Assembly (NCBI GenBank): GCA_965214935.1
Contig: CBDCCS010000010.1
Location: 32,001 to 96,000 of the forward strand
Direction of reading: 5' to 3'
DNA length: 64,000 bases
Source of the DNA: Candidatus Velthaea sp.
GTDB lineage: Bacteria > Vulcanimicrobiota > Vulcanimicrobiia > Vulcanimicrobiales > Vulcanimicrobiaceae
A model generated the notes under the pieces. The model was not told the DNA's origin, did not search any database, and was given only the letters and a program-made list of their open reading frames with translations. Positions 10,333-21,047 of the stretch are shown in pieces. Position 1 is the stretch's first letter, and every line of letters begins with the position of its first letter. The translations under genes were made by a program, and so were the position numbers.

Positions 10333-11319
10333 ATGAACGCACGATCGTTCGGACGCACTGGTCGCGAGGTCAGCGAAATCGGTTTCGGCGCCTGGGCCAT
10401 CGGTGCTGATTGGGGGCATGTCGACCAGGACGACGCAATCTCTGCATTGCGGACTGCGCTGGAAAGCGGCATGACGTTCATCGATACCGCTGACGTCTAT
10501 GGCGATGGACGTTCCGAACAACTCATTGCGCGCGTGCTCAAAGATTACCCCGGCCCGCGTCCGTTCGTTGCAACAAAGGCCGGGCGTCGCTTACCGGCGC
10601 AAACGGTCGCCGGTTACACGCGTGAACATCTCACCGCCTGGATCGAGCGAAGTCTCAAAAATCTCGAGGTCGATACGCTGGATCTCGTGCAGTTACATTG
10701 TCCGCCGACCGATCTTTATTATCAGCCGGAGGTCTTCGCCATACTCGACGATCTCAAGCGCGCGGGCAAGCTACGTGACTACGGCGTGAGCGTCGAGCGT
10801 GTCGAAGAGGCGATCAAAGCGATCGAATATCCGGGCGTCGTCAGTGTCCAGATCATCTATAATATCTTCCGGCAACGACCGCACGAGTTACTGTTCGAGC
10901 TGGCGCACAAGCATAACGTCGCGATCATTGCGCGCGTTCCGCTCGCCAGCGGTCTGCTTTCCGGGAAGTACCGCGCCGATACGGTTTTCGACAAGAGCGA
11001 TCACCGGCAGTTCAATCGTCATGGCGAGGCATTTGATGTCGGCGAAACGTTCGCCGGCGTTCCATATACCATTGGTCTGGCGGCGGTCGAGCGCGTACGA
11101 AGCGTGCTCGATGGTAACACGCCGATGGCTCAGTCGGCGCTACGGTGGATCCTCATGTCAGCTGCCGTGACGGTCGCAATTCCAGGTGCGCGCAACGCCG
11201 AGCAAGCTCGGTCCAACGCAGCGGCGGCGGCGTTACCATCGCTCGATGCATCGGTAATGGCCGAACTCGCAGCGATCTACGATCAAGACATCCGACCACA
11301 CGTGCATCAGCGTTGGTAG
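10333..11319 (+). CDS. Aldo/keto reductase
   Basis: IGFGAWAIG, FIDTADVYG, ATK, DLVQLH, PLASGLLSGK, IPGAR. Confidence 0.95.
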   Translation: MNARSFGRTGREVSEIGFGAWAIGADWGHVDQDDAISALRTALESGMTFIDTADVYGDGRSEQLIARVLKDYPGPRPFVATKAGRRLPAQTVAGYTREHLTAWIERSLKNLEVDTLDLVQLHCPPTDLYYQPEVFAILDDLKRAGKLRDYGVSVERVEEAIKAIEYPGVVSVQIIYNIFRQRPHELLFELAHKHNVAIIARVPLASGLLSGKYRADTVFDKSDHRQFNRHGEAFDVGETFAGVPYTIGLAAVERVRSVLDGNTPMAQSALRWILMSAAVTVAIPGARNAEQARSNAAAAALPSLDASVMAELAAIYDQDIRPHVHQRW

Positions 11320-11470
11320 TCAGCGCTGACGCCTCTCATCAACGAAGTGTTCGACTTAAAGGAAGTGCAAGGCCGCTCGCCGCTAGCGCGGCCGACGGTG
11401 ACTCTGCCATTGAATGCTATCACGCGTATCGACCGCCTGTTATGCTCGTTGATTCCGCTGGCGGGAATGC

Positions 11471-11593
11471 TTAGCTTTCGGCAAGCGTGGGCAGTTTAAC
11501 GTTGATCGCTGCTTCGCCCGATTCAACTCGGTCGATCACCTGCGGGAGCCGGGCTTTCACCTCTGCGGTTTCGATCGTTCCAATGGTCTACAT
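11471..11593 (-). pseudogene. Degenerate Phd/YefM-type antitoxin
   Basis: Manual translation M*TIGTIETAEVKARLPQVIDRVESGEAAINV..., with a stop at codon 2; resembles the Phd/YefM N-terminus. No intact toxin follows. Confidence 0.5.
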
Positions 11594-11863
11594 CACCAGA
11601 CTGGTCTACGAAACCTGACTAGTTAAAACAAGGTAAGGTAGAAATTTGACCAATGGTTCGGCTCGCGTTACAGCCGGCAGACGGCGGTTGGGCGTGATAA
11701 CACTGCGCGGAATAACTGCAAACGAGATCACTGCAGCAGTCGGTCTTGGCGACTTCGGGTCCGTGCAAAACGGCCGCGACCTTAGCGCTTTAGCGTTATG
11801 CACGAAACGTCGCGCAGGCTTATCGTTCAGTTGTCGATTCGGTCAGATTGCAACGACACGGCG

Positions 11864-12781
11864 TTAAATGATTGCAACAGGGCGAAGCATCGATCCAGTT
11901 GCGCCTTGAATTTTCAGCGGCAGTGCGATGAAAAAGAACTCATAGATCCGATCTCGTGCCAACTCTTCGAGATAGACGAACTCAAGCAACGGTACGCCGC
12001 GCTCGACGAGCAAAAACGCGTGCACGGGTTGCGGACGTTTGGGGTCGCCGGAGGGTAGCATCTCGACGCTGGCATTATCTGCGCCGATCGCAGCGACGCG
12101 AACCTCGTCTGCAAGCCAGTGAGCGCCGTCGAGTTGCAAGCCACTGCCGTCGGCCTCGCTCATTTTCGCAGCGTCGGGCCAGTCGCGCATGATGCCGGTT
12201 CGGATAAGCACGACGTCGCCTTCGCCGACCGACGTATGCTGCTCAGTCAGCACCGCTTGCAGCTCATCACAATTGATTCCAGCACCGGCCGGAAGCCGAT
12301 CGACGCCGCGAAAACCAGGCACATCGACGAGCACCCCGCGCGCGAGGATCGGCGGATAGGCGCTAACATCGCTGCGGCTCGGTCCAAAGTCGGTAAGGTG
12401 CTCCGCGGCACGAAAGCCGTTATACCAGTGCGGGTCTGCGCCAAGCGTAATATGCGCAAGCGCGTCGATATGGCAGCCCGTATGCATCGAGCTCGTCACC
12501 AGCTCGCTATTGAAGCCCTGACAATCGCCGTTCGGACTGCCCGGAAAATAATCCCCGGACATTTGCAGCCCGCGCGAGGTTCGATAACTGGTGACGGTAA
12601 GCTGCGGCTGGCCGGGCCCTAATGGAAGACCCATAAAGCGCCCAGCGTCTAAGTCATAGACGATTCCGCGCTGCATGAGCGCTGCTGCAGCAAGTCGTCG
12701 TTCGGGATTGAGGAGATTGAGTGCACCGATCTCGTCGTCTTGACCGTAGGAGACAGTGCCGTCGCGGTGCTGTTCACGCAT
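11864..12781 (-). CDS. Cyclase family (kynurenine formamidase-like) metallohydrolase
   Basis: GALNLL, HTGCHIDALAH, RGVLVD, GDVVLIRTG, GADN, LPLKIQGATGS. Start 12781 or 12826. Confidence 0.9.
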   Translation of the reverse strand: MREQHRDGTVSYGQDDEIGALNLLNPERRLAAAALMQRGIVYDLDAGRFMGLPLGPGQPQLTVTSYRTSRGLQMSGDYFPGSPNGDCQGFNSELVTSSMHTGCHIDALAHITLGADPHWYNGFRAAEHLTDFGPSRSDVSAYPPILARGVLVDVPGFRGVDRLPAGAGINCDELQAVLTEQHTSVGEGDVVLIRTGIMRDWPDAAKMSEADGSGLQLDGAHWLADEVRVAAIGADNASVEMLPSGDPKRPQPVHAFLLVERGVPLLEFVYLEELARDRIYEFFFIALPLKIQGATGSMLRPVAII

Positions 12782-13178
12782 GCAATGCTTTCTATTCGAT
12801 GCGCCGGTTTGGACCGCAGCATGCATTCGTAATTGGTGGTCGCCGAATCCCCCGGAGGGTTATATGGACTCGGAAAAACGCAGGCTCTGCATAACTCGGT
12901 CGGACTTGCGACGTTATTGTGACGCCCACTGCGCAGCATTGTCCGTCAGTTGGCTCACGGCCCGCGACGAACGATCGGGTTGCACGAGATAAGTTGAATT
13001 TAGCGTCTGCACGGCAATTGAAGCAGCACGATTGACGTTCCGCTTCTGCTGGTGTAGCGTTACGGCAAGGTGCTCGCTGTTACGTTCTCTAGGCTGCAAC
13101 ACGGACGAAACCGCGTAACGATAGTTGGGCACCGGCAGCTTGCGGCGACTACGCCGCTTGACGGTAAGGAGTTGCTTC

Positions 13179-14312
13179 ATGTCTGTAACCGCCGGCGGAC
13201 GGATGGTCAAAGTCGCCATAGGCGTCGCAATGGTCAGCTTCATTGCACTACCCGGCTTTGCCATGCCTCGAATGGCGGATGCTGCTTCAGACATGGTAGC
13301 GAAAGCCAAGGCTGCCGTTGCCGAGTATGCCGGTCCGCAGACGACGTGGAAAGGCCCGACATCGGGACCGAAACCCGCTAAGGGCATGAAAATCGTCTAT
13401 CTTTCGGGCGACGAGCAGAACGATATCTCGCACGAATACGGTGTGTACATTCAACAAGCCGCGGCGAAGATCGGCTGGAGTGCCACCGTTATCGACGGCA
13501 AAGGCAGTCCAACTTCGTGGCTGGCCGGAATGGATCAGGCGATTGCGCTCAAGCCGAACGGTATCGTTATGTTTGCCGACGCCAAAAGTTTGCAGCCGGC
13601 CATCACGCGAGGCTTGGCCGAAGGTGTAAAGTTCGTCGGCATTCATGCTGCCGGTTTACCGGGTCCGCAGCCGGATCTGCACCTGTTTGTGAATATAGAA
13701 GAAGACCCGCGCGCGATCGGAAAAGCCGAAGCCGATTGGGCCATTGCGGACTCGAACGGCAGCGCTCGGGTCGTGCTCGTTTCTCACAACGAGTACGCGA
13801 TTGCGTTCGTTAAGTCGCACGCCAGTGAAGATCATGTTAAGACCTGCTCCACATGTAAGGTGCTCCAGTACGTCACGTTTCCGGCTTCGGAAGCATCTCA
13901 GCATATGCCGCAGTTGACGACGAGTTGGGTGCAGCGTTTCGGGCCGCCGTTCTATGGTATTTCGGTTGGCGATAATGATTGGGATTACGCCATTCCAACG
14001 TTACGGCAAGGAAACGTCTCGCCGGATCAAGTGAAGCTTATCGGTGCGGACGGTAACAAATCAGCATACGAGCGCATTCGTGACGGCGGCCAATACCAGA
14101 CCGTTACGGTGTCGGAACCATTCGAGTTGCAGGCGTGGCAGGCGGTCGATGAGCTTAATCGAGCGTTTCACAATTCGCCGCCCAGCGGTTTCGTTCAAGC
14201 CCCGTATCTCGTTACGCCGCAAAACGTGCATAGTGAAGGCGGCGATAAGAACTTGTTCGTGCCGAGCAACGATTACAAAACGCACTACCTCAAAATCTGG
14301 GGTGCGTCGTAG
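13179..14312 (+). CDS. Sugar ABC transporter substrate-binding protein (RbsB-like)
   Basis: Signal peptide, periplasmic-binding-protein-like sequence, first gene of the ABC operon. Confidence 0.88.
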   Translation: MSVTAGGRMVKVAIGVAMVSFIALPGFAMPRMADAASDMVAKAKAAVAEYAGPQTTWKGPTSGPKPAKGMKIVYLSGDEQNDISHEYGVYIQQAAAKIGWSATVIDGKGSPTSWLAGMDQAIALKPNGIVMFADAKSLQPAITRGLAEGVKFVGIHAAGLPGPQPDLHLFVNIEEDPRAIGKAEADWAIADSNGSARVVLVSHNEYAIAFVKSHASEDHVKTCSTCKVLQYVTFPASEASQHMPQLTTSWVQRFGPPFYGISVGDNDWDYAIPTLRQGNVSPDQVKLIGADGNKSAYERIRDGGQYQTVTVSEPFELQAWQAVDELNRAFHNSPPSGFVQAPYLVTPQNVHSEGGDKNLFVPSNDYKTHYLKIWGAS

Positions 14313-14413
14313 CCACGTTACTGCAGCCCGCGTTCGGCATTGCAACCGCCCGCGGATAAGCGCGGCCCGAACGCGCGGACGACGCAGTTCGAACTCGTGA
14401 GCGTGCGCGCGCG

Positions 14414-15922
14414 ATGAATGCGGTAGATCCGTTATTGACGTTGCGCGGTCTTACGAAGCGCTTTACCGGCACGCTTGCTCTCGATCGAGTCGATTTCGAC
14501 GTGCGGCGCGGCGAGATTCACGCGCTACTCGGCGAAAATGGTGCCGGCAAGTCGACGCTCATTAAGATTCTGGCCGGCGTCTACAGCGCGGACGCCGGCG
14601 AGATTCAACTAAAAGCGAAAGTCGTACGGCCCGACGCCCAAACGCTGCCGATCGCGTTCATTCATCAAGATCTCGGCCTCGTCGAATCAATGTCCGTGAC
14701 CGAAAATGTTGCGTTGCTTGCGGGGTATGCGCGAACATCCGGTTTCATCTCCTGGCCGAAAGCCCGCAACATTGCTGAGCGTGCGCTGCGGATGATGGGC
14801 AGCGACATCGACCCGGAAGCAGACGTGCAGACACTGTCTGCATCCGATCGATCGATTGTCGCGATCGGCCGTGCACTGGCCGTACAGTCAGAAGTGCTCG
14901 TACTCGATGAACCTACTGCCGCCCTCACCGAGCACGATGTTGCTCGATTGCTCGATGTTCTGCGGCGCCTGCGAACGCAAGGTGTTGGTATCATCTATGT
15001 CACGCATCGGCTTGACGAAGTTTTCCGCGTAGCCGACCGAGTCACCGTGTTGCGTGACGGCAAGCATATTACGACCGCTGATGTCTCGGCAACGACGCCG
15101 AAAGAATTGGTTTTGTCCATCGTCGGCCGAGCGCTGGGGGAGGTTTTTGTAAAGCCACCGCCGCCATCGGCGCGACCGATGCTAGAAGTGGAAGATTTCG
15201 CTGTCGACGGCGCTGGACCAGCAACGTTTACAATAATGGCGGGAGAGATTGTAAGTTTGGTCGGACTGCGTGGCGCCGGACACGATTTAATCGGTCGTGC
15301 AATCTTTGCTGATATTGCGTCGACTTCCGGCACGCTGCATCTAGCGGGTCGCGCAATCGGCGTAACAAGTCCGGCACAAGCGATGCGCGACGGTATCGGC
15401 TTTGTTTCGAGCAAGCGCGGTGAAGAAAATCTCGCCAGAGAGCTCAGCGTGCGTGAGAACCTGTACATCAATCCGACTGCAACCGGAACGGGTTTGTGCA
15501 ACGTCGTTTCTCCTCGACGCGAGCGCCGCGCCGCGACCACTGTTCTCGAGCGATTCTCGGTACGGCCGCGCGATCCTGAACGGGTCATCGGCACGCTTAG
15601 CGGAGGCAATCAGCAGAAAGTCGTTTTGGCACGTTGGCTCGAGGCCGGCAGCTCGCTGCTCGTGCTTGAAGAACCCACCATCGGTGTCGACGTCGGCGCA
15701 AAAGCCGAAATCTATACCGTTCTGCAAAAAGCTCTCGACCGCGGCATGGCCGTGCTGCTCGTTTCGTCGGACTTTGAGGAAGTCGCCGGCATTGCGCATC
15801 GAGCACTCGTGTTCGACCGCGGAAAGGTAGTCGCCGAGATCAGCGGGCAAGACATTTCGGTGCGCGCGCTCATCGCGCTCGCATCCGGAACCAATGAGCC
15901 GGCTACATTGCCGATGCAATGA
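14414..15922 (+). CDS. Sugar ABC transporter ATP-binding protein (RbsA-like, two ABC domains)
   Basis: GENGAGKST, LDEPT, LSGGNQQKV, EEPTIGVDVGAK. Confidence 0.95.
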   Translation: MNAVDPLLTLRGLTKRFTGTLALDRVDFDVRRGEIHALLGENGAGKSTLIKILAGVYSADAGEIQLKAKVVRPDAQTLPIAFIHQDLGLVESMSVTENVALLAGYARTSGFISWPKARNIAERALRMMGSDIDPEADVQTLSASDRSIVAIGRALAVQSEVLVLDEPTAALTEHDVARLLDVLRRLRTQGVGIIYVTHRLDEVFRVADRVTVLRDGKHITTADVSATTPKELVLSIVGRALGEVFVKPPPPSARPMLEVEDFAVDGAGPATFTIMAGEIVSLVGLRGAGHDLIGRAIFADIASTSGTLHLAGRAIGVTSPAQAMRDGIGFVSSKRGEENLARELSVRENLYINPTATGTGLCNVVSPRRERRAATTVLERFSVRPRDPERVIGTLSGGNQQKVVLARWLEAGSSLLVLEEPTIGVDVGAKAEIYTVLQKALDRGMAVLLVSSDFEEVAGIAHRALVFDRGKVVAEISGQDISVRALIALASGTNEPATLPMQ

Positions 15923-16965
15923 CCAATCAACAGCACAACACGTCAATACTTACCTCGGCACTGCGCGTTCTTTCCGTCTGGGGACTGCTGCTCCTCATGA
16001 TTGTCTTGATCGTGGTATTTTCGATTCTGAAGCCGGATACGTTTCCGACGTTCTTTAATTTCCAGTCGATTTTGAGCAACAAGTCGATTCAAGTGCTGCT
16101 GGCGTTGGCGGTCATGATTCCCATGGCGGCAAATAACTTCGATTTGTCAGTGGGCTATGTGGTCGGGATCGCGCAGGTGTTGACGATTGGTCTGCAAGTC
16201 AATCAAGGTGTAAGCTGGCCGCTCGCAGCCGTGCTGATCTTGCTACTTGGCGCATTCGTTGGGCTCATTAACGGTTTGCTCGTTACACGTGCCCACATCG
16301 ACTCGTTCATCGCTACGCTTGGAACCGGCACCGTTTTGTACGGGCTCGACGAATGGTATACGGGTGGAACGCAGGTAACGGGAACCTTGCAGGCGGGCTT
16401 CAGTAGCCTTGCTGCGACGATCGGCGGAGCGCATGGGATACCAGCGCCGGCTTTGTACGTGTTGATTGTCAGCCTTATATTGTGGGCCGTCTTCGATTAT
16501 CTTCCGCTCGGCCGCTTCATTTACGTGTTGGGTGCGAATCCGCGTGCTGCTGAACTCAACGGCATCTCGGCTTCGCGCTACGTTACGCTCGCATTCATCG
16601 CCGGCGGTACGCTCGCTGCATTTGCCGGCATCGTGTTGGAAGCGGAGCTTCGCGTTGGGCAAAGCTCCGTCGGCCCGGAATATCTGCTGCCGTCGTTTAC
16701 CGGCGCGCTGTTGGGCGCGACATCGGTCAAACCGGGTCGCGTGAACGTTTGGGGCACAATCCTCGCGGTCGGGGTGCTGTCGATTACCGTCGCCGGCCTG
16801 CAGCAGCTTGGCGCGCCGTTCTTCGTCGAACAGATCTTCAACGGCACTATGCTGATTGTGGCGGTCGGTCTTGCCGTGTATGCGACTCGACGCCGAGCAG
16901 GAAGCCGCGCTGTATCGCCGGCTGCGACGGGAACTGGAAGCGCGCCGGTCGCCGCGAATCCGTAG
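15919..16965 (+). CDS. Sugar ABC transporter permease (RbsC-like)
   Basis: Multiple TM helices, FDLSVG, GRFIYVLGANPRAAELNGI; ATGA overlap with the ATPase gene. Confidence 0.93.
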   Translation: MTNQQHNTSILTSALRVLSVWGLLLLMIVLIVVFSILKPDTFPTFFNFQSILSNKSIQVLLALAVMIPMAANNFDLSVGYVVGIAQVLTIGLQVNQGVSWPLAAVLILLLGAFVGLINGLLVTRAHIDSFIATLGTGTVLYGLDEWYTGGTQVTGTLQAGFSSLAATIGGAHGIPAPALYVLIVSLILWAVFDYLPLGRFIYVLGANPRAAELNGISASRYVTLAFIAGGTLAAFAGIVLEAELRVGQSSVGPEYLLPSFTGALLGATSVKPGRVNVWGTILAVGVLSITVAGLQQLGAPFFVEQIFNGTMLIVAVGLAVYATRRRAGSRAVSPAATGTGSAPVAANP

Positions 16966-17165
16966 CCTCGACGGACGTAAAGCTTCGCTGCCTGCCGCAC
17001 GAGCCTGATGCTATTTGGAAGCACGTTGAAACGCAACGTTTGCAGAATCACTGCCGGCTGCAAAGTCGGCGGTTGAGATCTGGGGACTATTCCGTGTTAG
17101 GCATAATCCTGACCCGAGCTTTCATTCCAGTTCTTTCCGAATTCACGGACTGAAGAAGCAACAAC

Positions 17166-17561
17166 TTAAAGTACGACGAAATGTATGCTCCTCTTTGCAG
17201 CCTTTCGATCGATCGTGATTGTCCGCGAGCATCCCTCCGCAGCGTTGGTAGCGGCGACTAGCGCGTCAGCGAAGTCGGCTCCCGCACGATATCCGGAGAG
17301 CGCTTCTCGAACGAGGGCGGAGCCTTCCGTTAACATGCGGACCATCCGTAACAGCGTGTCCACAGCTGCGGCAATATTGTTGCGCGAATAGTCGTAGACA
17401 AATTCAAGCACCCAAACCGTTTCAATCAACACAACTCGGTTGATGAAGGCAGGATCGTCGCTCGAGCAGTTCCGATTGATGGAAGCTTTCGCAATCGAGC
17501 GTTGTACCGCGTCGTCGCCCGTTAGCAGACGAACGAGTACGTTTGTATCAAGCCCGATCAC
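17166..17561 (-). CDS. vapC: VapC family PIN-domain toxin
   Basis: IGLDTNVLVR, ETVWVL, DFADAL, TIDRKA; 4-bp overlap with the upstream antitoxin. Confidence 0.9.
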   Translation of the reverse strand: MIGLDTNVLVRLLTGDDAVQRSIAKASINRNCSSDDPAFINRVVLIETVWVLEFVYDYSRNNIAAAVDTLLRMVRMLTEGSALVREALSGYRAGADFADALVAATNAAEGCSRTITIDRKAAKRSIHFVVL

Positions 17562-17812
17562 CGATGTCCGCGGACGGCCCGCCGGCGGATTGCCGAATCA
17601 ATGTCGTCAAGCGTTGCAACACATTTCGGCGTCGGCAGTACCTTGCACAGATCATCGATATCTAATGTTGAGGGCGTCATGACGATACGATCACCGTCGG
17701 TCGCGACATCGAGCCGGTCGCCGGGTTTGAGCTTCATTCGGTCGCGAATCTCTTTAGGAAGCGTCATTTATCCCTTGGACGTTAAGGTCGTCGAAGCGAT
17801 TTCGGTTTCCGT
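17558..17812 (-). pseudogene. vapB: AbrB/MazE-type VapB antitoxin with an internal nonsense codon
   Basis: Reads ...IASTTLTSKG*MTLPKEIRDRMKLKPGDRL; TAA at 17768-17770 replaces the usual Gln of SKGQ. ORF 17558-17767 may still be translated. Confidence 0.8.
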
Positions 17813-17828
17813 ACCAGATGTGGTGCTC

Positions 17829-17844
17829 CTTACGATATCGTAAG
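17829..17844. promoter_or_regulatory. Perfect 16-bp palindrome CTTACGATATCGTAAG, probable vapBC operator
   Basis: Exact self-complementary sequence directly upstream of vapB, overlapping an AAGGAG on the minus strand. Confidence 0.65.
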
Positions 17845-18542
17845 ATTCCGAATAGCGCAAGGAAGCTCAACTCCGCCTCGAGTCCTTAGACAGCGAAAAT
17901 CGCGGCGTCTCAAACGACGCTGTGCGTACGAATAACCATTCGGAAATTCCGACTTGTCCCGCATGGGCCGCGAACCAAATCATTCGGGAAGTTGCAGATG
18001 CTCGCGTTGGGCGTATTTGATTTCGTTAAGGTCCGGGAACACGCCGGAGAGACCGCTGATCGTTTCGTCGGCGCCGTCTCCAGGTTGTCCGTTAGTTCGT
18101 TATTCAAATCGAACCGTCGAGGCGCACGATGCGTGACTCGTTACCGTACGGATTCCCTAACGCTAACGCTTGCCGAAGAATGCCGCGAGTAAACTCGCGG
18201 GCGACACGCCTTCAGCGGCTTGCTCCCGGCGCAAGCCGTGATTGACGCACATCGCCGGCTCCGCTCGCATAGGTACCAAATGCTCTAGTAGCAGCGATCG
18301 CCAGAGCCGTACCATTACAACAATTTTTGTTTCTGGACATATCCAGGCAGTGCTTGTGCGGCGCGGAATCCCCAAATGGCATTCGGGCAACGTTCGTACA
18401 CGAAGACGCGAGCGTTTTCCGATTTGTTCGGAAAATGTCCGCGTATGCGATATAGCTATTTGTGTTTATGTAACCCACGACGCCGCGTGATCTCACGGCA
18501 CCGTACCTCGTTGCAACTCGCTCCATGGTAAGAGAGCATCTG

Positions 18543-20123
18543 ATGAAACCGACCAGCATACTAGCAGTCGCAACGGTAACCACTCTGGCAGCGCACGGTG
18601 TCGGTAGTTTCGCCGCCAGCGTCATTCCGTCGCATCGTGCGATCGGCATTGCCGCGGTGACGCAAGTGCACTTGCGGGCGCCCCGCCACGTGCGACCTCC
18701 CGCACCGCCGATTCCGCATGTTCGCATCGGCCGCGCGGAGCGTATCGCTGCCTTCCTTGCCGGTTGGCAACGAGTTACCGCGGCGCCGCCATTTGGAAGC
18801 GCCGGACATACGATGCTCATGACGAACGGCGAAGTCTTACTGCAAAGTCCCAATACGTCGTTCTGGTTCGGATTGGTGCCGGATGCCACCGGCAGTTATA
18901 TTAACGGGAATTGGAAACAGCAGGCTTCCATGCCGGGCGGTTATGCGCCGCTCTATTACGCCTCCGCGATTCTGCCCGATGGACGACTAATCGTAAGTGG
19001 CGGCGAATACAACGGTACCGGAACTGCCGTCTGGGGCAACCAAAGTGCTGTTTACGACATCACGCGCAACGTTTGGACGCTCGTCGCACCGCCACCCGGA
19101 TGGCTGAGCATCGGTGATGCGCCGTCCGTCGTGCTCGCGAATGGAACCTTCGTGCTGGGGAATTGCTGCTCGACGCAGTCGGCATTTCTGCATCCGTCGA
19201 CGTTAACTTGGACGGCGACGGGTGCGCGGAAACTGGGCAGTAACAACGAGGAAGGTTGGACGCTGCTCCCGAGTGGCGAGGTGCTTACCACTGACATTGC
19301 CGACGCTCCGTATGCCGAGCTGTTGAATCCGACATCCGGCGTCTGGGGGCCAGCAGGCGTCGTGCCCGTCAACGTGACGTTGGGCGGTGAAATTGGCCCG
19401 CAGTTGCTTCGCCAAAATGGTCATGTCCTCGTCATGGGCGCGAACGGCAAGACTGCGATTTACAATCCGTCCGCCGCCTACTGGAGCGTCGGACCGACGA
19501 TGCCGGTCGTCAACGGTCAACAACTCGAAATCGACGATGGGCCGGCGACGCTTTTGCCCAACGGCGATGTGCTCATGGTAGCGAGCCCCGCAACGGGTTC
19601 CGCACCTGTCTATTTCTTTGACTTTCCGGCCAGCGGTGGGCCGCTCACGCAGATTCCCGGACCACCGAATGCGCCCAACAGCGCCGCATACTGCTATAAC
19701 ATGCTGATGCTGCCAACGGGACAAGTGCTGGTCACCGACGACTCGAACGACGTCGAAATTTATACACCGGTCAGCGCGTCCAACGCTTCGATCGCGCCGG
19801 TGATCACGTCGGTGCCGACGACGCTCGCCCACGGTGCGACCTATACGGCCTTCGGCAGGCTTTTCAACGGCGCGTCGCAGACCAACGCGTATGGTGACGA
19901 CTCACAGCAGGCGACGAATTTTCCGCTCGTGACAATTACGAATGTCGCGACAGGCGGCGTGCAATTCGCGCGGACGCACAATTTTAGCAGCATGGCGGTC
20001 GCATCGCTCGCGACGGTATCCACGCAGTTCGATGTTCCAACGTGGATCGCTCTCGGGCCGAGCCGACTCACTGTCATCGCGAACGGAATTAAGTCAGCGC
20101 CCGTAGCCATTACGATTCGCTGA
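18543..20123 (+). CDS. Secreted kelch/galactose-oxidase-like beta-propeller protein
   Basis: Signal peptide; repeated LLPxGxVL...xYxP...W blades; C-terminal beta-rich domain. Confidence 0.8.
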   Translation: MKPTSILAVATVTTLAAHGVGSFAASVIPSHRAIGIAAVTQVHLRAPRHVRPPAPPIPHVRIGRAERIAAFLAGWQRVTAAPPFGSAGHTMLMTNGEVLLQSPNTSFWFGLVPDATGSYINGNWKQQASMPGGYAPLYYASAILPDGRLIVSGGEYNGTGTAVWGNQSAVYDITRNVWTLVAPPPGWLSIGDAPSVVLANGTFVLGNCCSTQSAFLHPSTLTWTATGARKLGSNNEEGWTLLPSGEVLTTDIADAPYAELLNPTSGVWGPAGVVPVNVTLGGEIGPQLLRQNGHVLVMGANGKTAIYNPSAAYWSVGPTMPVVNGQQLEIDDGPATLLPNGDVLMVASPATGSAPVYFFDFPASGGPLTQIPGPPNAPNSAAYCYNMLMLPTGQVLVTDDSNDVEIYTPVSASNASIAPVITSVPTTLAHGATYTAFGRLFNGASQTNAYGDDSQQATNFPLVTITNVATGGVQFARTHNFSSMAVASLATVSTQFDVPTWIALGPSRLTVIANGIKSAPVAITIR

Positions 20124-20712
20124 CGGTAGCTCACGTGTGGTCATCGCGGCGGCTTCCGCGAGCGGTTAGCCGTGACGTTCTGATGAAAACAACCGCGCGC
20201 TGTACCAGTATGGGAAGCGGGTAACTGTCACGCCGGTCGATCAACAGCGATAGCGATAGCGATCACGTGCTGAAGCCGCCTCGCTGAGACCGGACGCGAG
20301 GTAGCTTGAGGACACAGGCATACGCCTACGAAAATGCTTATGTGTCAGGATGATCTCGTACCAGCCCGTGTTGAAATCTGCGCTTAATCGGGGGCTGCCA
20401 GGAGTGTACCAAGATCGAAGCATCGAGCAACGGATCACGTTTGTCGCGTTACGCAATAGCGCGCGACACCGAGGTGGTTGCAAAGCCGAAGCGCCGCCGA
20501 TTTTCGGTGTCCGACATGACGCGCATTTTACGTGAATCGGACGCGTGCGCGCCGGGGACGGTCGGCGGATATTTACCTAGCATCGGTATCTAGCCGGTCG
20601 GCTTCGCCGCGATGTCTCCAAATTATGGCGAATCGAAGGACTAATTTGTGGCGGCGCGGCTTAAGAAAGCAGCATGCCTGATCATACTCTTCAAATGAAC
20701 AAACGTCGTCGT

Positions 20713-21044
20713 TTAAGACGGATTACACCAGGTCGGCTGTGGCGTCCTGAGGCGGTCACGAATCGCGAGCAGCCAATTTCGAGCGCTAAAGCCATCGCTC
20801 TTGTAATACTAACGATTACCAAGTCTGTCGAGGTTTTCGGTCAGATCATCATCGGTGCTGCATGTAAGGAGCCTATCGATCTCCTTGGCGGCTGCTTCAA
20901 TTTCCGGGCCTGGTGCAGATAGATAATCGTTAATCGCTGCTTCCGCATCTTTATATGTGTCGGGCCAGTCTTGGTCGAAGTCCCCCCAAAGAACTGGAAC
21001 AAATTAGGATATTCGTTTGCGAGAGTTTCTACGTTTGTCGCCAT
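20713..21044 (-). pseudogene. CdiI-type (CdiI_2-like) immunity protein with frameshift and internal stop
   Basis: MATNVETLANEYPNLFQFFGG / frameshift at G6 run near 20982-20987 / FDQDWPDTYKDAEAAINDY...EIDRLL...LGNR*YYKSDGFSARNWLLAIRDRL; matches the YPxL..FFGGYFHQDW signature. Confidence 0.75.
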
Positions 21045-21047
21045 GTT

